The notes beneath the pieces are model-generated. The model saw only the letters and a list, made by a program, of their open reading frames with translations. It did not search any database and was not told where the DNA came from. Of a stretch of DNA of 64,000 bases, positions 48,923 to 60,478 are shown piece by piece (positions within the stretch are counted from its first letter, which is position 1; each line of letters opens with the position of its first letter). The stretch comes from Limnobacter sp. (lineage in GTDB: Bacteria > Pseudomonadota > Gammaproteobacteria > Burkholderiales > Burkholderiaceae_B), in contig NZ_JBKBHM010000002.1 in the NCBI RefSeq assembly GCF_046297615.1, forward strand, positions 91,437-155,436, written 5' to 3'. A program made the translations under genes and the position numbers.

Positions 48923-50545
48923 TCACTCCCACTCAATGGTTGCTGGCGGTTTGCCCGATACGTCGTAGACCACGCGGTTCACGCCTTTCACCTCGTTGAT
49001 GATGCGGTTAGACACCCGGCCCAGCAAGGCGTAAGGCAGGTGCGCCCAATGGGCGGTCATGAAATCCTGCGTTTGCACCGCGCGGATGGCAACCACGTAT
49101 TCATAAGTGCGGCCATCACCCATCACCCCCACCGATTTCACTGGCAGGAAGACTGCGAAGGCTTGGCTGGTCAGGTCGTACCAGCTTTTACCCACTTCAG
49201 CGGCTTTGCACAGGCCCGCTGCAGCATCGGCCTCGGTGGCCTTGGTGTTGCGCAATTCTTCGATGAACACCGCATCGGCCAACTGGAGGATTTCTGCGTA
49301 CTCTGCTTTCACTTCGCCCAGAATACGAACGCCCAAACCAGGGCCTGGGAACGGGTGGCGGTAAACCATTTCAGGGTCGAGGCCCAGTTCCACGCCCAGC
49401 TTGCGCACCTCGTCCTTGAACAGGTCGCGCAATGGCTCCAGCAGTTTGAGGTTCAAGGTATCAGGCAGGCCGCCCACGTTGTGGTGGCTTTTGATGTTGG
49501 TGGCCTTGCCGGTTTTTGCGCCAGCCGATTCAATCACATCCGGGTAAATGGTGCCTTGCGCCAGCCATTTGGCGTTTTTGCGCAGGCCCGCCTCGCGCTG
49601 GAATACATCCACGAAGGCTTTGCCGATAATTTTGCGTTTGGCTTCAGGGTCGCTGACACCGGTCAACTGGCCCATGAATTCCTCGGTCGCGTTCACGTGC
49701 ACCACACGAACGCCCAAATGTTTGGCGAATGTCTCCATCACCTGCTCGCCTTCTTTGTAGCGCAGCAGGCCATGGTCAACAAACACGCAGGTGAGTTGGT
49801 CACCGATGGCCCGGTGAATCAGGGCCGCAGCCACGGAAGAGTCAACACCGCCGGACAGGCCGAGAATGACCTCATCGCTGCCCACCTGTGCACGAATGCG
49901 TTCAATGGCTTCATCAATGAAGCTGGGCATGGACCAATCGCCGTTGCAGCCGCAGATGTCGCGCACAAAGCGGGTCAGCAAGGCGGTGCCCTGCTTCGTG
50001 TGTGTCACTTCCGGGTGGAATTGGACGGCGTAGAAACGGCGATCTTCATCGGCCATACCCGCGATTGGGCATGAGGGGGTTGAGGCCATCAACTTAAAGC
50101 CCGGGGGCATTTCAGTGACTTTGTCACCGTGGCTCATCCACACGTCAAGCAGGCCATGGCCGTCCGCGTTGCGGTGGTCGTCAATGCCGTCCAGCAAACG
50201 GGTGTGGCCATGCGCCCGAACCTGGGCATGGCCGAACTCACGCACCTTGCCCGGTTCAACTTTCCCGCCCAGTTGCTGAGCCATGGTTTGCATGCCGTAG
50301 CAAATGCCCAGCACCGGTACACCCAAGGTGAACACCAGTTCCGGCGCTTTGTCGGTGGATTCTTCGTAGGCCGACTGATGGCTGCCGGACAAAATGATGC
50401 CGTTGGCCCCATAGGCCTGAATACGGGCTGGGTCAGCGTCGCAGGGCAGAATTTCACAGAATACACCGGCCTCGCGGACACGGCGGGCGATCAATTGAGT
50501 GACCTGTGAACCGAAGTCCAGCACCAGAATTTTTTGATGATTCAT
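48923..50545 (-). CDS. guaA: GMP synthase (glutamine-hydrolysing)
   Basis: [21 protein letters not shown], and a C-terminal ...PPATIEWE. Confidence 0.97.
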   Translation of the reverse strand: MNHQKILVLDFGSQVTQLIARRVREAGVFCEILPCDADPARIQAYGANGIILSGSHQSAYEESTDKAPELVFTLGVPVLGICYGMQTMAQQLGGKVEPGKVREFGHAQVRAHGHTRLLDGIDDHRNADGHGLLDVWMSHGDKVTEMPPGFKLMASTPSCPIAGMADEDRRFYAVQFHPEVTHTKQGTALLTRFVRDICGCNGDWSMPSFIDEAIERIRAQVGSDEVILGLSGGVDSSVAAALIHRAIGDQLTCVFVDHGLLRYKEGEQVMETFAKHLGVRVVHVNATEEFMGQLTGVSDPEAKRKIIGKAFVDVFQREAGLRKNAKWLAQGTIYPDVIESAGAKTGKATNIKSHHNVGGLPDTLNLKLLEPLRDLFKDEVRKLGVELGLDPEMVYRHPFPGPGLGVRILGEVKAEYAEILQLADAVFIEELRNTKATEADAAAGLCKAAEVGKSWYDLTSQAFAVFLPVKSVGVMGDGRTYEYVVAIRAVQTQDFMTAHWAHLPYALLGRVSNRIINEVKGVNRVVYDVSGKPPATIEWE

Positions 50546-50566
50546 GATCAGAATGACACGTTGATT

Positions 50567-51556
50567 TCAGTAAATTGAGGACAGAGAGTCCAGCAGCGCA
50601 TCAATGCCTTCTGCATTGAAAATCGCCCTGTCCAACACATTGATCCTGCATTCCAGGTTCACCTGGATGCCCTTGCTTTCGGCGGTGAACTGCCTGAACG
50701 CGGCCGACAAGGCGGGCAGCCGTTCACGCAAATCGCTGACACTGAGCCCCGGGCACACGGCCAAGCCAAGGCCGTCGCGCACCTCGCCCAAGCTGCTGGA
50801 GTCAGGCAGATGTTCACGCACCAGCGCATGGGTAAAGCGGCGAAACTCCACCACACGCTCCGACCCAAACCGCATACACAAGCCGGAAAGGTCGGCCAGC
50901 TCAAAGGTCATCAACCCCAAGGGCACGCCTTTAAGGGCTGTGTCCACGGTTTCCACGTCAAGCACTGCCCGAAGGCCGCCCTTGTTCCACACACCCAACA
51001 TGGGTTCAAGCAAAGCAGCCCGTTCGTTTTCACTCAGGCTGAACACCAAGCGCCTGGCGGCGCTGTTTGGGGGGGCTTGGGCGATCAGCAGGCTGACCCA
51101 GGCTGCATAGTCGGACAGGTCTTGCCTGTCCTGCATGCTAAAGCCGCGTGGCGCGTAGTCCAGCAAACACAGGGTTCCAAGGGCATGCCCTTGGTCATCG
51201 CGGATGGGATGGCCTGCATAAAAGCGGATTTTGGGGTCAAGCACCACCAAGGGGTTGTCTGCAAAACGCGAATCTTCCAGTGCGTTGGGCACCACCAGCG
51301 TGTTGTCCATCGCCACCGCATGCCCACAAAATGAGAGTTCCCGCGGTGTTGCACATGCGCTTAACCCTTGGTTGGACTTGAACCATTGGCAGGATTCGTG
51401 CACCAAGGACACAAGCGACACAGCGACATTGAAATGTCGACGCGCCAGCCGGGTGACCCGGTCAAAGCGCGCCTCGGCAGGGCTATACATCAACCCGAGG
51501 CCCTTGAGGGCAGCAAGTCGTGCCCCTTCGTTGGCGGGTGTCTCGGGTATCAGCAT
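50567..51556 (-). CDS. GAF domain protein with a degenerate GGDEF-like C-terminal domain
   Basis: The N-terminal GAF pattern is NEGARLAAL...FDRVTRLA...FCGHAV...RFYAGHPI...GTLCLLD. The C-terminal half aligns by eye to a GGDEF fold but has RDGLG in place of GGDEF. Confidence 0.75.
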   Translation of the reverse strand: MLIPETPANEGARLAALKGLGLMYSPAEARFDRVTRLARRHFNVAVSLVSLVHESCQWFKSNQGLSACATPRELSFCGHAVAMDNTLVVPNALEDSRFADNPLVVLDPKIRFYAGHPIRDDQGHALGTLCLLDYAPRGFSMQDRQDLSDYAAWVSLLIAQAPPNSAARRLVFSLSENERAALLEPMLGVWNKGGLRAVLDVETVDTALKGVPLGLMTFELADLSGLCMRFGSERVVEFRRFTHALVREHLPDSSSLGEVRDGLGLAVCPGLSVSDLRERLPALSAAFRQFTAESKGIQVNLECRINVLDRAIFNAEGIDALLDSLSSIY

Positions 51557-51570
51557 GGCCCAGGCCTGTG

Positions 51571-53428
<1,858 letters not shown>

Positions 53429-53432
<4 letters not shown>

Positions 53433-53872
53433 CCGTGAAGGCTCTCGGCGCGCTTGATGAAGCTGTCCACGAAGCTGTTGGCGATCAGGTGAAACACCGG
53501 GCCAACCAGTTGTTCCAACACCTTGCTGGAGAATTCGTAGTCCAGCCGGAATTCGACCTTGCAGGCGTCTTCTGTCAGTGCCAGGAAGCGCCACTCGCCC
53601 CGCAATTCCCGAAAAGGGCCGTCCACCAAGCTCATGTGAATGGCGTGGTGGGGTTCCAGGCGGTTCAGGGTGCAAAAACTCTGCTTGACCCCCTTGAAGT
53701 TGATTTCAACCGCTGCTTTTTCCGTCAATGGCTCGGTTTCTTCCGCATGGCCTGCACTGCACCAAGGCAGAAACTGAGGGTAGTCCCCGACTTTGCGCAC
53801 CAAGTCGTACATCAAGTGGGCGGGATAGGTAACCAAAACGGACTTTTCAACAGTGGCCATGGGCTCTTGCAA
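53429..53872 (-). CDS. ratA: SRPBCC/RatA family protein (ribosome association toxin RatA / CoQ-binding)
   Basis: About 145 aa START-like fold pattern (YPQFLPWC). It lies divergent to smpB, as in E. coli. Confidence 0.8.
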
Positions 53873-53988
53873 GGCTTAAGGCGCCTGCGAACAAGGTAAA
53901 CTCTCAATTTTAACCGGTTTTCCGCTGTGAAGCGCGATGGCCGTTGTACACCCACTTCAGACGATGCCTTGGCATCGGTCCCACACTC

Positions 53989-54438
53989 ATGAGTATCGTT
54001 CAAAACAAAAAGGCTGGATTCGATTATTTCATCGAAGAAACTTATGAAGCCGGCGTGGTGCTGGAGGGCTGGGAGGTGAAAGCGATTCGCGCTGGTCGGG
54101 CGCAAATCAAGGAAGCCCACATCATTGTGCGCAATGGCGAATTGTGGCTGCTTAACAGCCACATCACACCGCTGAATAGCGCGTCAACACATGTTCGCCC
54201 CGACACCATTCGGACTCGCAAGCTACTGCTGAAGAAGCAAGACATCAACCGCTTGATTGGCAAGGTTGAACAGCGCGGCTTTGCCTTGGTGCCGCTTGAT
54301 TTCCATTACAAGAATGGCCGTATCAAGTGCAGCATGGCACTGGCCAAGGGCAAGAAGCAGCATGACAAACGTGACACGCTTCGCGACAAGGACTGGAAAC
54401 GTGAGCAGGAACGGTTGATGAAGGTTCACCGAACCTGA
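53989..54438 (+). CDS. smpB: SsrA-binding protein
   Basis: The internal ATG gives [34 protein letters not shown]..., the canonical SmpB start. Confidence 0.93.
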   Translation: MSIVQNKKAGFDYFIEETYEAGVVLEGWEVKAIRAGRAQIKEAHIIVRNGELWLLNSHITPLNSASTHVRPDTIRTRKLLLKKQDINRLIGKVEQRGFALVPLDFHYKNGRIKCSMALAKGKKQHDKRDTLRDKDWKREQERLMKVHRT

Positions 54439-54446
54439 GAGCGCGC

Positions 54447-55568
54447 TTACGGGCGCTTTTGGTTCAGCCGGGTTGAAAAGTCGTTGGCCAACTCGGTTTC
54501 CGGTTTAGCCCTTAGGGTGCCCGAACGGCCGGGCCGCCACTGTGAGGCTTTTTTTGCCAGGGCGGTTAACTCGCGGCTAGCCATGCGCCACGCGCGAATG
54601 GCCTCGGGCAGCACCTCGTTAATGAACCACCCTTCGAGCTTTTGTGCGGCCATTTGCCCCCGGGCCAATGCAGCGGCGCCACGCGGGTGTTGCTTGATGA
54701 ACTGACCAACGGCCTGGCGTGCTGGCTTTATGTCAGCTTTGACTGCTTTTGTTATTGGTTTCTCTTGAACATCCGCTGTGCCTTGGCCAAGCCCCAACCA
54801 GGGCTGCAAGGCCTGAACCACCACGGTTTTCACCTGGCCGATGGATTCAATGGGTGTGCTTTCTAGCACGCTGCCCTCGTCCACCACATGCAGGCAATGG
54901 AAACCCAAGCCCTGCCCACACCACTGCCCGGTGATTTCCCGGGCGCTCAGCTCAAGCACTGGCAAGCCGTTCGCTTGCGAAAAGGCTTTGCTTGCAATCA
55001 CTGTGAGTTGGTGCTGGCGCATCCAGTCCATGATCAGGGCAGCCCGGCCATCCGATGACTTTGCGATGGCATTGAACGCGGCGTCGCTGATGGCCAGTGT
55101 CCACGGCAACTGGTTCAGGCCGTTCAGCCCCGAAGGCTGATTGAGCAAGTCGTACAAAGCCTGCGGTTCCAGCAGGGTCAGAATTTGGCTGGGGTCAAGG
55201 GCATGGCCCGGTGTGTGGCACAGCGCCAGCAAATCATCGGTCATTTCCGCGATGCGCTCGCTGGTTAAGCCAGGCCAAGGCAGCCGGGCAGCAAGCATGA
55301 GCCGGCGAAGGTCGTCCGCCCCATTCAAACCCAATGATTGCACAGTGCTGCTAATGCTGGCGCGCCCAACCGCACAGTCCAACAGCTTGGCCATGGTTGG
55401 GTTAACCGGCGGGGCACCCTCGGCCGCTGCTGGGGGGGTTACCAGCAATTGAAGCTGGCGGCACATCAACGCGCTGGTTGAACAGCCTTGCTGGGCGGCC
55501 AACGTCTTGAGTTGGGCCAGCAATTCGCTGTCAATGCTTAACCTGAACTGTGTTTGTGGACCTGACAT
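54447..55568 (-). CDS. Hypothetical protein (373 aa) with a possible ribbon-helix-helix-like N-terminus
   Basis: Long ORF with coding-like composition. No family was recognised. The N-terminus FRLSIDSELLAQLKTLAAQQGCSTSALMCRQL is RHH/CopG-like. Confidence 0.5.
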   Translation of the reverse strand: MSGPQTQFRLSIDSELLAQLKTLAAQQGCSTSALMCRQLQLLVTPPAAAEGAPPVNPTMAKLLDCAVGRASISSTVQSLGLNGADDLRRLMLAARLPWPGLTSERIAEMTDDLLALCHTPGHALDPSQILTLLEPQALYDLLNQPSGLNGLNQLPWTLAISDAAFNAIAKSSDGRAALIMDWMRQHQLTVIASKAFSQANGLPVLELSAREITGQWCGQGLGFHCLHVVDEGSVLESTPIESIGQVKTVVVQALQPWLGLGQGTADVQEKPITKAVKADIKPARQAVGQFIKQHPRGAAALARGQMAAQKLEGWFINEVLPEAIRAWRMASRELTALAKKASQWRPGRSGTLRAKPETELANDFSTRLNQKRP

Positions 55569-55678
55569 TGCCTAATAACCCAAGCTTCTGAACCTAGCAG
55601 TTAGTGGGTGGCAATTGTTTGCAACAGGTTCCCTGAAAGGCCAGCCCCACCAGTGCAGGTGAGGCCGATTCAATAGGC

Positions 55679-56593
55679 TTATTGGCCCGGTTTGCCCTGT
55701 TGAACAATCTGCATGGCCGTGGCAACCATGGTGCCCATGTTGGACAGGTCACCCGGCAAAATCAAGGTGTTGCCTTGCTTGGCCACATTGGCAAAGGCTT
55801 GAATGTACTGCTCCGCCACTTTCAGGTTCACGGCCTGGTTGCCGCCCGGTTCGTTGACGGCTGCGCCCACCTTGCGCAGGGCGTCTGCGGTTGCGTTGGC
55901 GATTTCAAGAATCGCAGCAGCTTCACCTTGGGCTTTGTTGATGGAGGCGATGCGGTCACCTTCGGAGCGTGCAATGGACGATTCCCGCTCACCGGTGGCG
56001 ATGTTGATCTGCTCCTGTTTGCGGCCCTCGGAGGCCGCAATCAGTGCCCTCTTTTCCCGTTCTGCAGTAATCTGGGCTTGCATGGCCTGAAGAATTTCAC
56101 GCGGTGGGGTGAGGTCTTTGATTTCATAGCGCAGCACTTTCACACCCCAGTTCAAGGCCGCTTCATCCAGGGCATTCACGATGGCCGCGTTGATCATGTC
56201 GCGCTCTTCGAATGTTTTGTCCAGTTCCAGTTTGCCGATGACCGACCGCAGTGTGGTCTGCGCCAGTTGGGTTACTGCGCTGATGTAGTCGCTGGAGCCG
56301 TAACTGGCTCGCATGGGGTCAGTCACCTGAAAGTACAGAATGCCGTCCACTTGCAGTTGGGTGTTGTCTTTGGTGATACAGACTTGGCTGGGCACATCCA
56401 GGGGAATTTCCTTCAGGCTGTGGCGATAGGACACACGCTCCACAAAAGGAACCAGAAAATTCAGACCGGCCTGCATGGTCCGGTCATACTTACCCAGACG
56501 CTCAACCACCCACGCGCTTTGCTGGGGCACGATACGAACCGCTTGGGCAATGACCACCAAGGCCAGAACGAGTATAACCAGTGAGACTTCCAT
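55679..56593 (-). CDS. SPFH/Band 7 (stomatin-like) protein
   Basis: N-terminal TM helix, then VPQQSAWVVERLGKY...TKDN...RYEIKD, the SPFH pattern. Paired with NfeD. Confidence 0.88.
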   Translation of the reverse strand: MEVSLVILVLALVVIAQAVRIVPQQSAWVVERLGKYDRTMQAGLNFLVPFVERVSYRHSLKEIPLDVPSQVCITKDNTQLQVDGILYFQVTDPMRASYGSSDYISAVTQLAQTTLRSVIGKLELDKTFEERDMINAAIVNALDEAALNWGVKVLRYEIKDLTPPREILQAMQAQITAEREKRALIAASEGRKQEQINIATGERESSIARSEGDRIASINKAQGEAAAILEIANATADALRKVGAAVNEPGGNQAVNLKVAEQYIQAFANVAKQGNTLILPGDLSNMGTMVATAMQIVQQGKPGQ

Positions 56594-56630
56594 GCGAAGT
56601 GTCCTTCAGTGTGGGTTGTTTGCAGAGGGT

Positions 56631-57047
56631 TCAGGCTTGGGCCTGACGCTTGAGCTTGAGCACATTCAGATCGATCGACTCGATGACATGAACGCCGGGT
56701 TGGGCTTGTGCATCCAGGCTTTGTGCAGACCATTGTGCCCCGCGATAGTTCACTTTGGTGTGGCCTTGTTCGTTCCACGCCTCAACCACCACCGTGTTGC
56801 CAAGGTCGAGCTGTGAATGGTCGGCGGCGGCAGGCTGCCCTGCCCGGCTCGATTTCAAGGCCCAGGTGGCCAACAAGGCAAACACGGCCGATACAGTCAG
56901 TTGAATGGGAAAGCTGTAGCCCAAATAAGCGGCAGCGGAACCGAGCAAGGCGCCCACCGCCACCAACATCAGATAGAAGGTGCCGGTGGTTAGCTCGGCG
57001 ATGAGCAACACACCGGCCAGAACCAGCCACAGTGAATAATCAGTCAT
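56631..57047 (-). CDS. NfeD family membrane protein
   Basis: Three or four TM helices plus a C-terminal OB-like soluble domain. Upstream partner of the SPFH gene. Confidence 0.8.
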   Translation of the reverse strand: MTDYSLWLVLAGVLLIAELTTGTFYLMLVAVGALLGSAAAYLGYSFPIQLTVSAVFALLATWALKSSRAGQPAAADHSQLDLGNTVVVEAWNEQGHTKVNYRGAQWSAQSLDAQAQPGVHVIESIDLNVLKLKRQAQA

Positions 57048-57075
57048 GGTTCTCCTTCATTGCGGGTACGACGGT

Positions 57076-59493
57076 TCAGGATTGGGCTGCCCGCTTTTGG
57101 CGGTCAGCCAGTTTTTGCCAAGTGTCCACCACGGTGTCCGGGTTCAGCGAAATGGACTCTATGCCTTCGGCGGCCAGCCACAACGCGAAGTCAGGGTGGT
57201 CCGAAGGGCCCTGGCCGCAAATGCCCACGTACTTGCCTTGGTTCTTGCAGGCAGTAATCGCCTTGCTCAGCAGGGCGCGAACAGCCGGGTCGCGTTCATC
57301 AAAATCGGCAGCCAACAGGTCCAGACCAGAATCGCGGTCCAAGCCCAGGGTGAGCTGGGTCAGGTCGTTGGACCCAACGGAGAAGCCGTCGAAATATTCC
57401 AGGAACTGGTCCGCCAACACTGCGTTGGACGGCACTTCGCACATCATGATCAGCTTCAGGCCGTTTTCGCCACGCTTAAGCCCTTTGCGGCTGAGCAGGT
57501 CCACAACGCGGGCAGCTTGGTTCAGCGTCCGCACGAATGGAATCATGATCTGGACGTTGTCCAGGCCCATCTGCTCACGGACCCGTTTCAAGGCCAGGCA
57601 TTCCATCTCGAAACACTCCGAGAATTCTTCGGAAATGTAGCGTGCAGCACCCCTGAAACCCAACATCGGGTTTTCTTCTTCAGGTTCGTAACGGCTGCCA
57701 CCAATCAGCTTGCGGTACTCATTGGACTTGAAATCGGACATGCGCACGATCACCGGCTTGGGGTAGAACGCCGCTGCAATGGTGGCCACGCCTTCGGCCA
57801 GTTTGTCCACAAAGAATGCCACTGGGCTGGCATGGCCACGGGCCACACTTTCCACGGCCTTTTTCAGGTCGGCGTCCACATTGGGGTAATCGAGAATCGC
57901 CTTGGGGTGGATACCGATGGCGTTGTTGATGATGAATTCAAGGCGGGCCAAACCAACGCCTTTGTTGGGCAACTGGCTGAATTCAAAGGCCAACTGAGGG
58001 TTGCCCACGTTCATCATGATTTTGACGGGAATCTCGGGAAGCTCGCCACGCCTGACTTCGGTCACCTCCGTTTCCAGCAAGCCTTCGTAGATGTTGCCCG
58101 TGTCGCCCTCAGCACAACTCACCGTCACCAGCATGCCTTCCTTGAGCTTGTCGGTGGCATCGCCGCAACCCACCACAGCGGGAATACCCAATTCCCGCGC
58201 AATGATGGCGGCGTGACAGGTGCGCCCGCCCCGGTTGGTGACAATGGCAGCGGCGCGTTTCATCACCGGTTCCCAGTTGGGGTCGGTCATGTCGGTGACC
58301 AGCACATCGCCAGCTTGTACACGGTCCATTTCCGCTGCGTCGTTGATCACGCGCACTGGGCCTGAACCAATCTTCTGCCCGATGGCGCGGCCAGAACTAA
58401 GCACCGACGAGTTGCCTTTGAGCTTGTAGCGCAACTGAACATCGCTGCTCTTCTGGCTGTTCACGGTTTCAGGGCGGGCCTGGAGAATGTAGATTTTGCC
58501 GTCGCCGCCGTCTTTACCCCACTCGATGTCCATGGGGCGGCCATAGTGCTTCTCGATAATCAGGGCGTACTTGGCCAGTTCAATCACGTCTTGGTCGGTC
58601 AGCGAATAGCGGTTGCGCAATTCTGCGGGTACGTCCACAGTGCGCACGCTTTTGCCGGTTTCCTTGTTCAGGTCAAACTCCATCTTGATGAGTTTGGAGC
58701 CAATTTGACGGCGAATAATGGGGTATTTGCCCGAGCGCAAGGTGGGCTTGAACACGTAGAACTCGTCTGGGTTAACTGCGCCCTGAACCACTGTTTCGCC
58801 CAGGCCATAGCTGGAGGTGATAAACACCACGTCCTCAAAGCCGCTTTCGGTGTCCAAAGTGAACATCACCCCGGCTGAACCCAAGTCGCTGCGTACCATG
58901 CGTTGAATACCGGCGCTCAGGGCCACGTCAGCATGGGCGAACCCTTTGTGTACGCGGTAAGAAATGGCGCGGTCGTTGTACAGGGAGGCAAACACCTCCT
59001 TGATTTTGTCCAGCACGTCCTCAATACCGTTCACGTTGAGGAAGGTTTCCTGTTGGCCTGCGAACGAGGCATCAGGCAAGTCTTCAGCCGTGGCGGATGA
59101 GCGAACAGCCACGGAAATGTCGCCACCGCTTTGCGCCATCATCTGGGCATAGTGGTCACGGATGGCTTGTTCAAGGTCGGCCGGCAACGGTGCCTGCACA
59201 ACCCACTGGCGAATTTCTGCGCCAGCCTGGGTCAATGCCCGCACGTCATCGACGTTCAGGGCATCTAGTTTGGCGTTGATGCGCTCGACCAGGTTGTTGG
59301 ATTTCAGGAATTCGCGAAAGGCGTGGGCTGTGGTGGCAAAACCGCCTGGAACCCGCACGCCGGTCTCGGCCAGTTGGGAAATCATCTCTCCCAAGGAGGA
59401 GTTTTTACCGCCGACAATTTCTACATCATCCATTCGCAGTTGTTCGAATGGAATTACCAAGGCCTCTGCTGGATTGGTCTGTGCAATTGACAT
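57076..59493 (-). CDS. ppsA: Phosphoenolpyruvate synthase
   Basis: 805 aa. [34 protein letters not shown] (phospho-His), and a PEP-utilising C-terminal domain. Confidence 0.97.
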   Translation of the reverse strand: MSIAQTNPAEALVIPFEQLRMDDVEIVGGKNSSLGEMISQLAETGVRVPGGFATTAHAFREFLKSNNLVERINAKLDALNVDDVRALTQAGAEIRQWVVQAPLPADLEQAIRDHYAQMMAQSGGDISVAVRSSATAEDLPDASFAGQQETFLNVNGIEDVLDKIKEVFASLYNDRAISYRVHKGFAHADVALSAGIQRMVRSDLGSAGVMFTLDTESGFEDVVFITSSYGLGETVVQGAVNPDEFYVFKPTLRSGKYPIIRRQIGSKLIKMEFDLNKETGKSVRTVDVPAELRNRYSLTDQDVIELAKYALIIEKHYGRPMDIEWGKDGGDGKIYILQARPETVNSQKSSDVQLRYKLKGNSSVLSSGRAIGQKIGSGPVRVINDAAEMDRVQAGDVLVTDMTDPNWEPVMKRAAAIVTNRGGRTCHAAIIARELGIPAVVGCGDATDKLKEGMLVTVSCAEGDTGNIYEGLLETEVTEVRRGELPEIPVKIMMNVGNPQLAFEFSQLPNKGVGLARLEFIINNAIGIHPKAILDYPNVDADLKKAVESVARGHASPVAFFVDKLAEGVATIAAAFYPKPVIVRMSDFKSNEYRKLIGGSRYEPEEENPMLGFRGAARYISEEFSECFEMECLALKRVREQMGLDNVQIMIPFVRTLNQAARVVDLLSRKGLKRGENGLKLIMMCEVPSNAVLADQFLEYFDGFSVGSNDLTQLTLGLDRDSGLDLLAADFDERDPAVRALLSKAITACKNQGKYVGICGQGPSDHPDFALWLAAEGIESISLNPDTVVDTWQKLADRQKRAAQS

Positions 59494-59629
59494 GTTTTAT
59501 ACCCCGAGCTTCAAATGAAATAAGGCATGTGACCCCGGGCTGCGCCGCATCCCTTATTTCACCTGTTATTTTTCTCTATGATTGTAACTCTAACCCGCAT
59601 TTGTCGCAGTGCTGCCCCGGAGAGGCCTG

Positions 59630-60466
59630 ATGTCAGAAAATATTCCTCAGGAACGAACAGTGGTTTTTGTGTCTGATGGCACGGGCATTACAGCCGAAAC
59701 TTTAGGCCATTCCGTGTTGTCCCAGTTTGAGGGCATACGGTTCAAGCAGGTGCGTATTCCCTTCATCGATTCTGAAGTGAAAGCCATTTCGGCCAAGCAG
59801 CGAATTGACGACATTGCGGTGTACGACGGCATGAAACCCATCGTGTTCAGCACCTTGGTGAACCCCATGATCAACGAGGTGGTTCACAAGGCCAACGGCG
59901 TGTTCATGGACTTGTTCCTGAAATTCGTTGAGCCGCTGGAAAATGAATTGGGCGTAAAGAGCACCCACCGAATTGGGCGTTCACACACCATTGCTGACAA
60001 CGAGCAGTATAAAAACCGGATTGAGGCCATCAACTACACCCTGGCTCACGATGACGGTCAGACCGACAAGGACTTGGCGGCGGCTGATGTCATTTTGGTT
60101 GGGGTTTCCCGTTCCGGAAAAACGCCCACCAGCCTTTACTTGGCGATGCAATATGGCGTAAAAGCAGCCAACTACCCCTTGATTCCCGAAGACTTCGAAC
60201 GGGGAGAGTTGCCCGTGGCGTTGCCCCAATACAAAAACAAGATTTTTGGCCTGTCCATTTCCCCGGAGCGTTTGAGCGAAATCCGCAATGAACGCCGCCC
60301 CGGCAGCCATTACGCCTCTCTGGAGAACTGCAAAAAAGAGGTGAAGGCGGCTGAATTCATGATGCGCCGTGAAGGCATTCATTGGCTCAGCTCCACCAGC
60401 AAATCCATTGAAGAAATCTCGACCACCATCCTTCAGCAGTTGAACCTCGGTTCGCCGATCTACTGA
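59630..60466 (+). CDS. ppsR: PEP synthase regulatory protein (bifunctional kinase/pyrophosphorylase)
   Basis: [12 protein letters not shown] and [15 protein letters not shown] motifs. Divergent from ppsA. Confidence 0.9.
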   Translation: MSENIPQERTVVFVSDGTGITAETLGHSVLSQFEGIRFKQVRIPFIDSEVKAISAKQRIDDIAVYDGMKPIVFSTLVNPMINEVVHKANGVFMDLFLKFVEPLENELGVKSTHRIGRSHTIADNEQYKNRIEAINYTLAHDDGQTDKDLAAADVILVGVSRSGKTPTSLYLAMQYGVKAANYPLIPEDFERGELPVALPQYKNKIFGLSISPERLSEIRNERRPGSHYASLENCKKEVKAAEFMMRREGIHWLSSTSKSIEEISTTILQQLNLGSPIY

Positions 60467-60478
60467 ACGCGAACGGCC

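Larger units (their letters stand above)
42192..48937. mobile_element. Integrase-less genomic islet inserted between the guaA 3' end and the tadA promoter
   Basis: Four non-housekeeping genes lie between AT-rich non-coding edges (42153-42317 and 48523-48922). The islet is bounded by the real guaA 3' end and a degenerate copy of it. Confidence 0.5.

Noticed and set aside
48878-50074. 398-aa ORF on the + strand
   Set aside because: It is entirely antisense to guaA, whose product is unambiguous. The His/Ala/Gly/Val-rich low-complexity translation is typical of shadow ORFs in GC-rich genes.
53873-53988. Looked for tmRNA (ssrA) next to smpB
   Set aside because: The intergenic regions flanking smpB are about 115 bp and 8 bp, too short for a roughly 360-nt tmRNA. 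No GGGGCTGATTCTGGATTCGAC-like 5' end was seen anywhere in the window.
55682-56584. 300-aa ORF on the + strand
   Set aside because: It is a mirror frame of the SPFH gene. The SPFH reading has a clear TM helix plus Band-7 motifs.
57046-58365. 439-aa ORF on the + strand
   Set aside because: It is antisense to ppsA, so it is a shadow ORF. It has no recognisable motifs.
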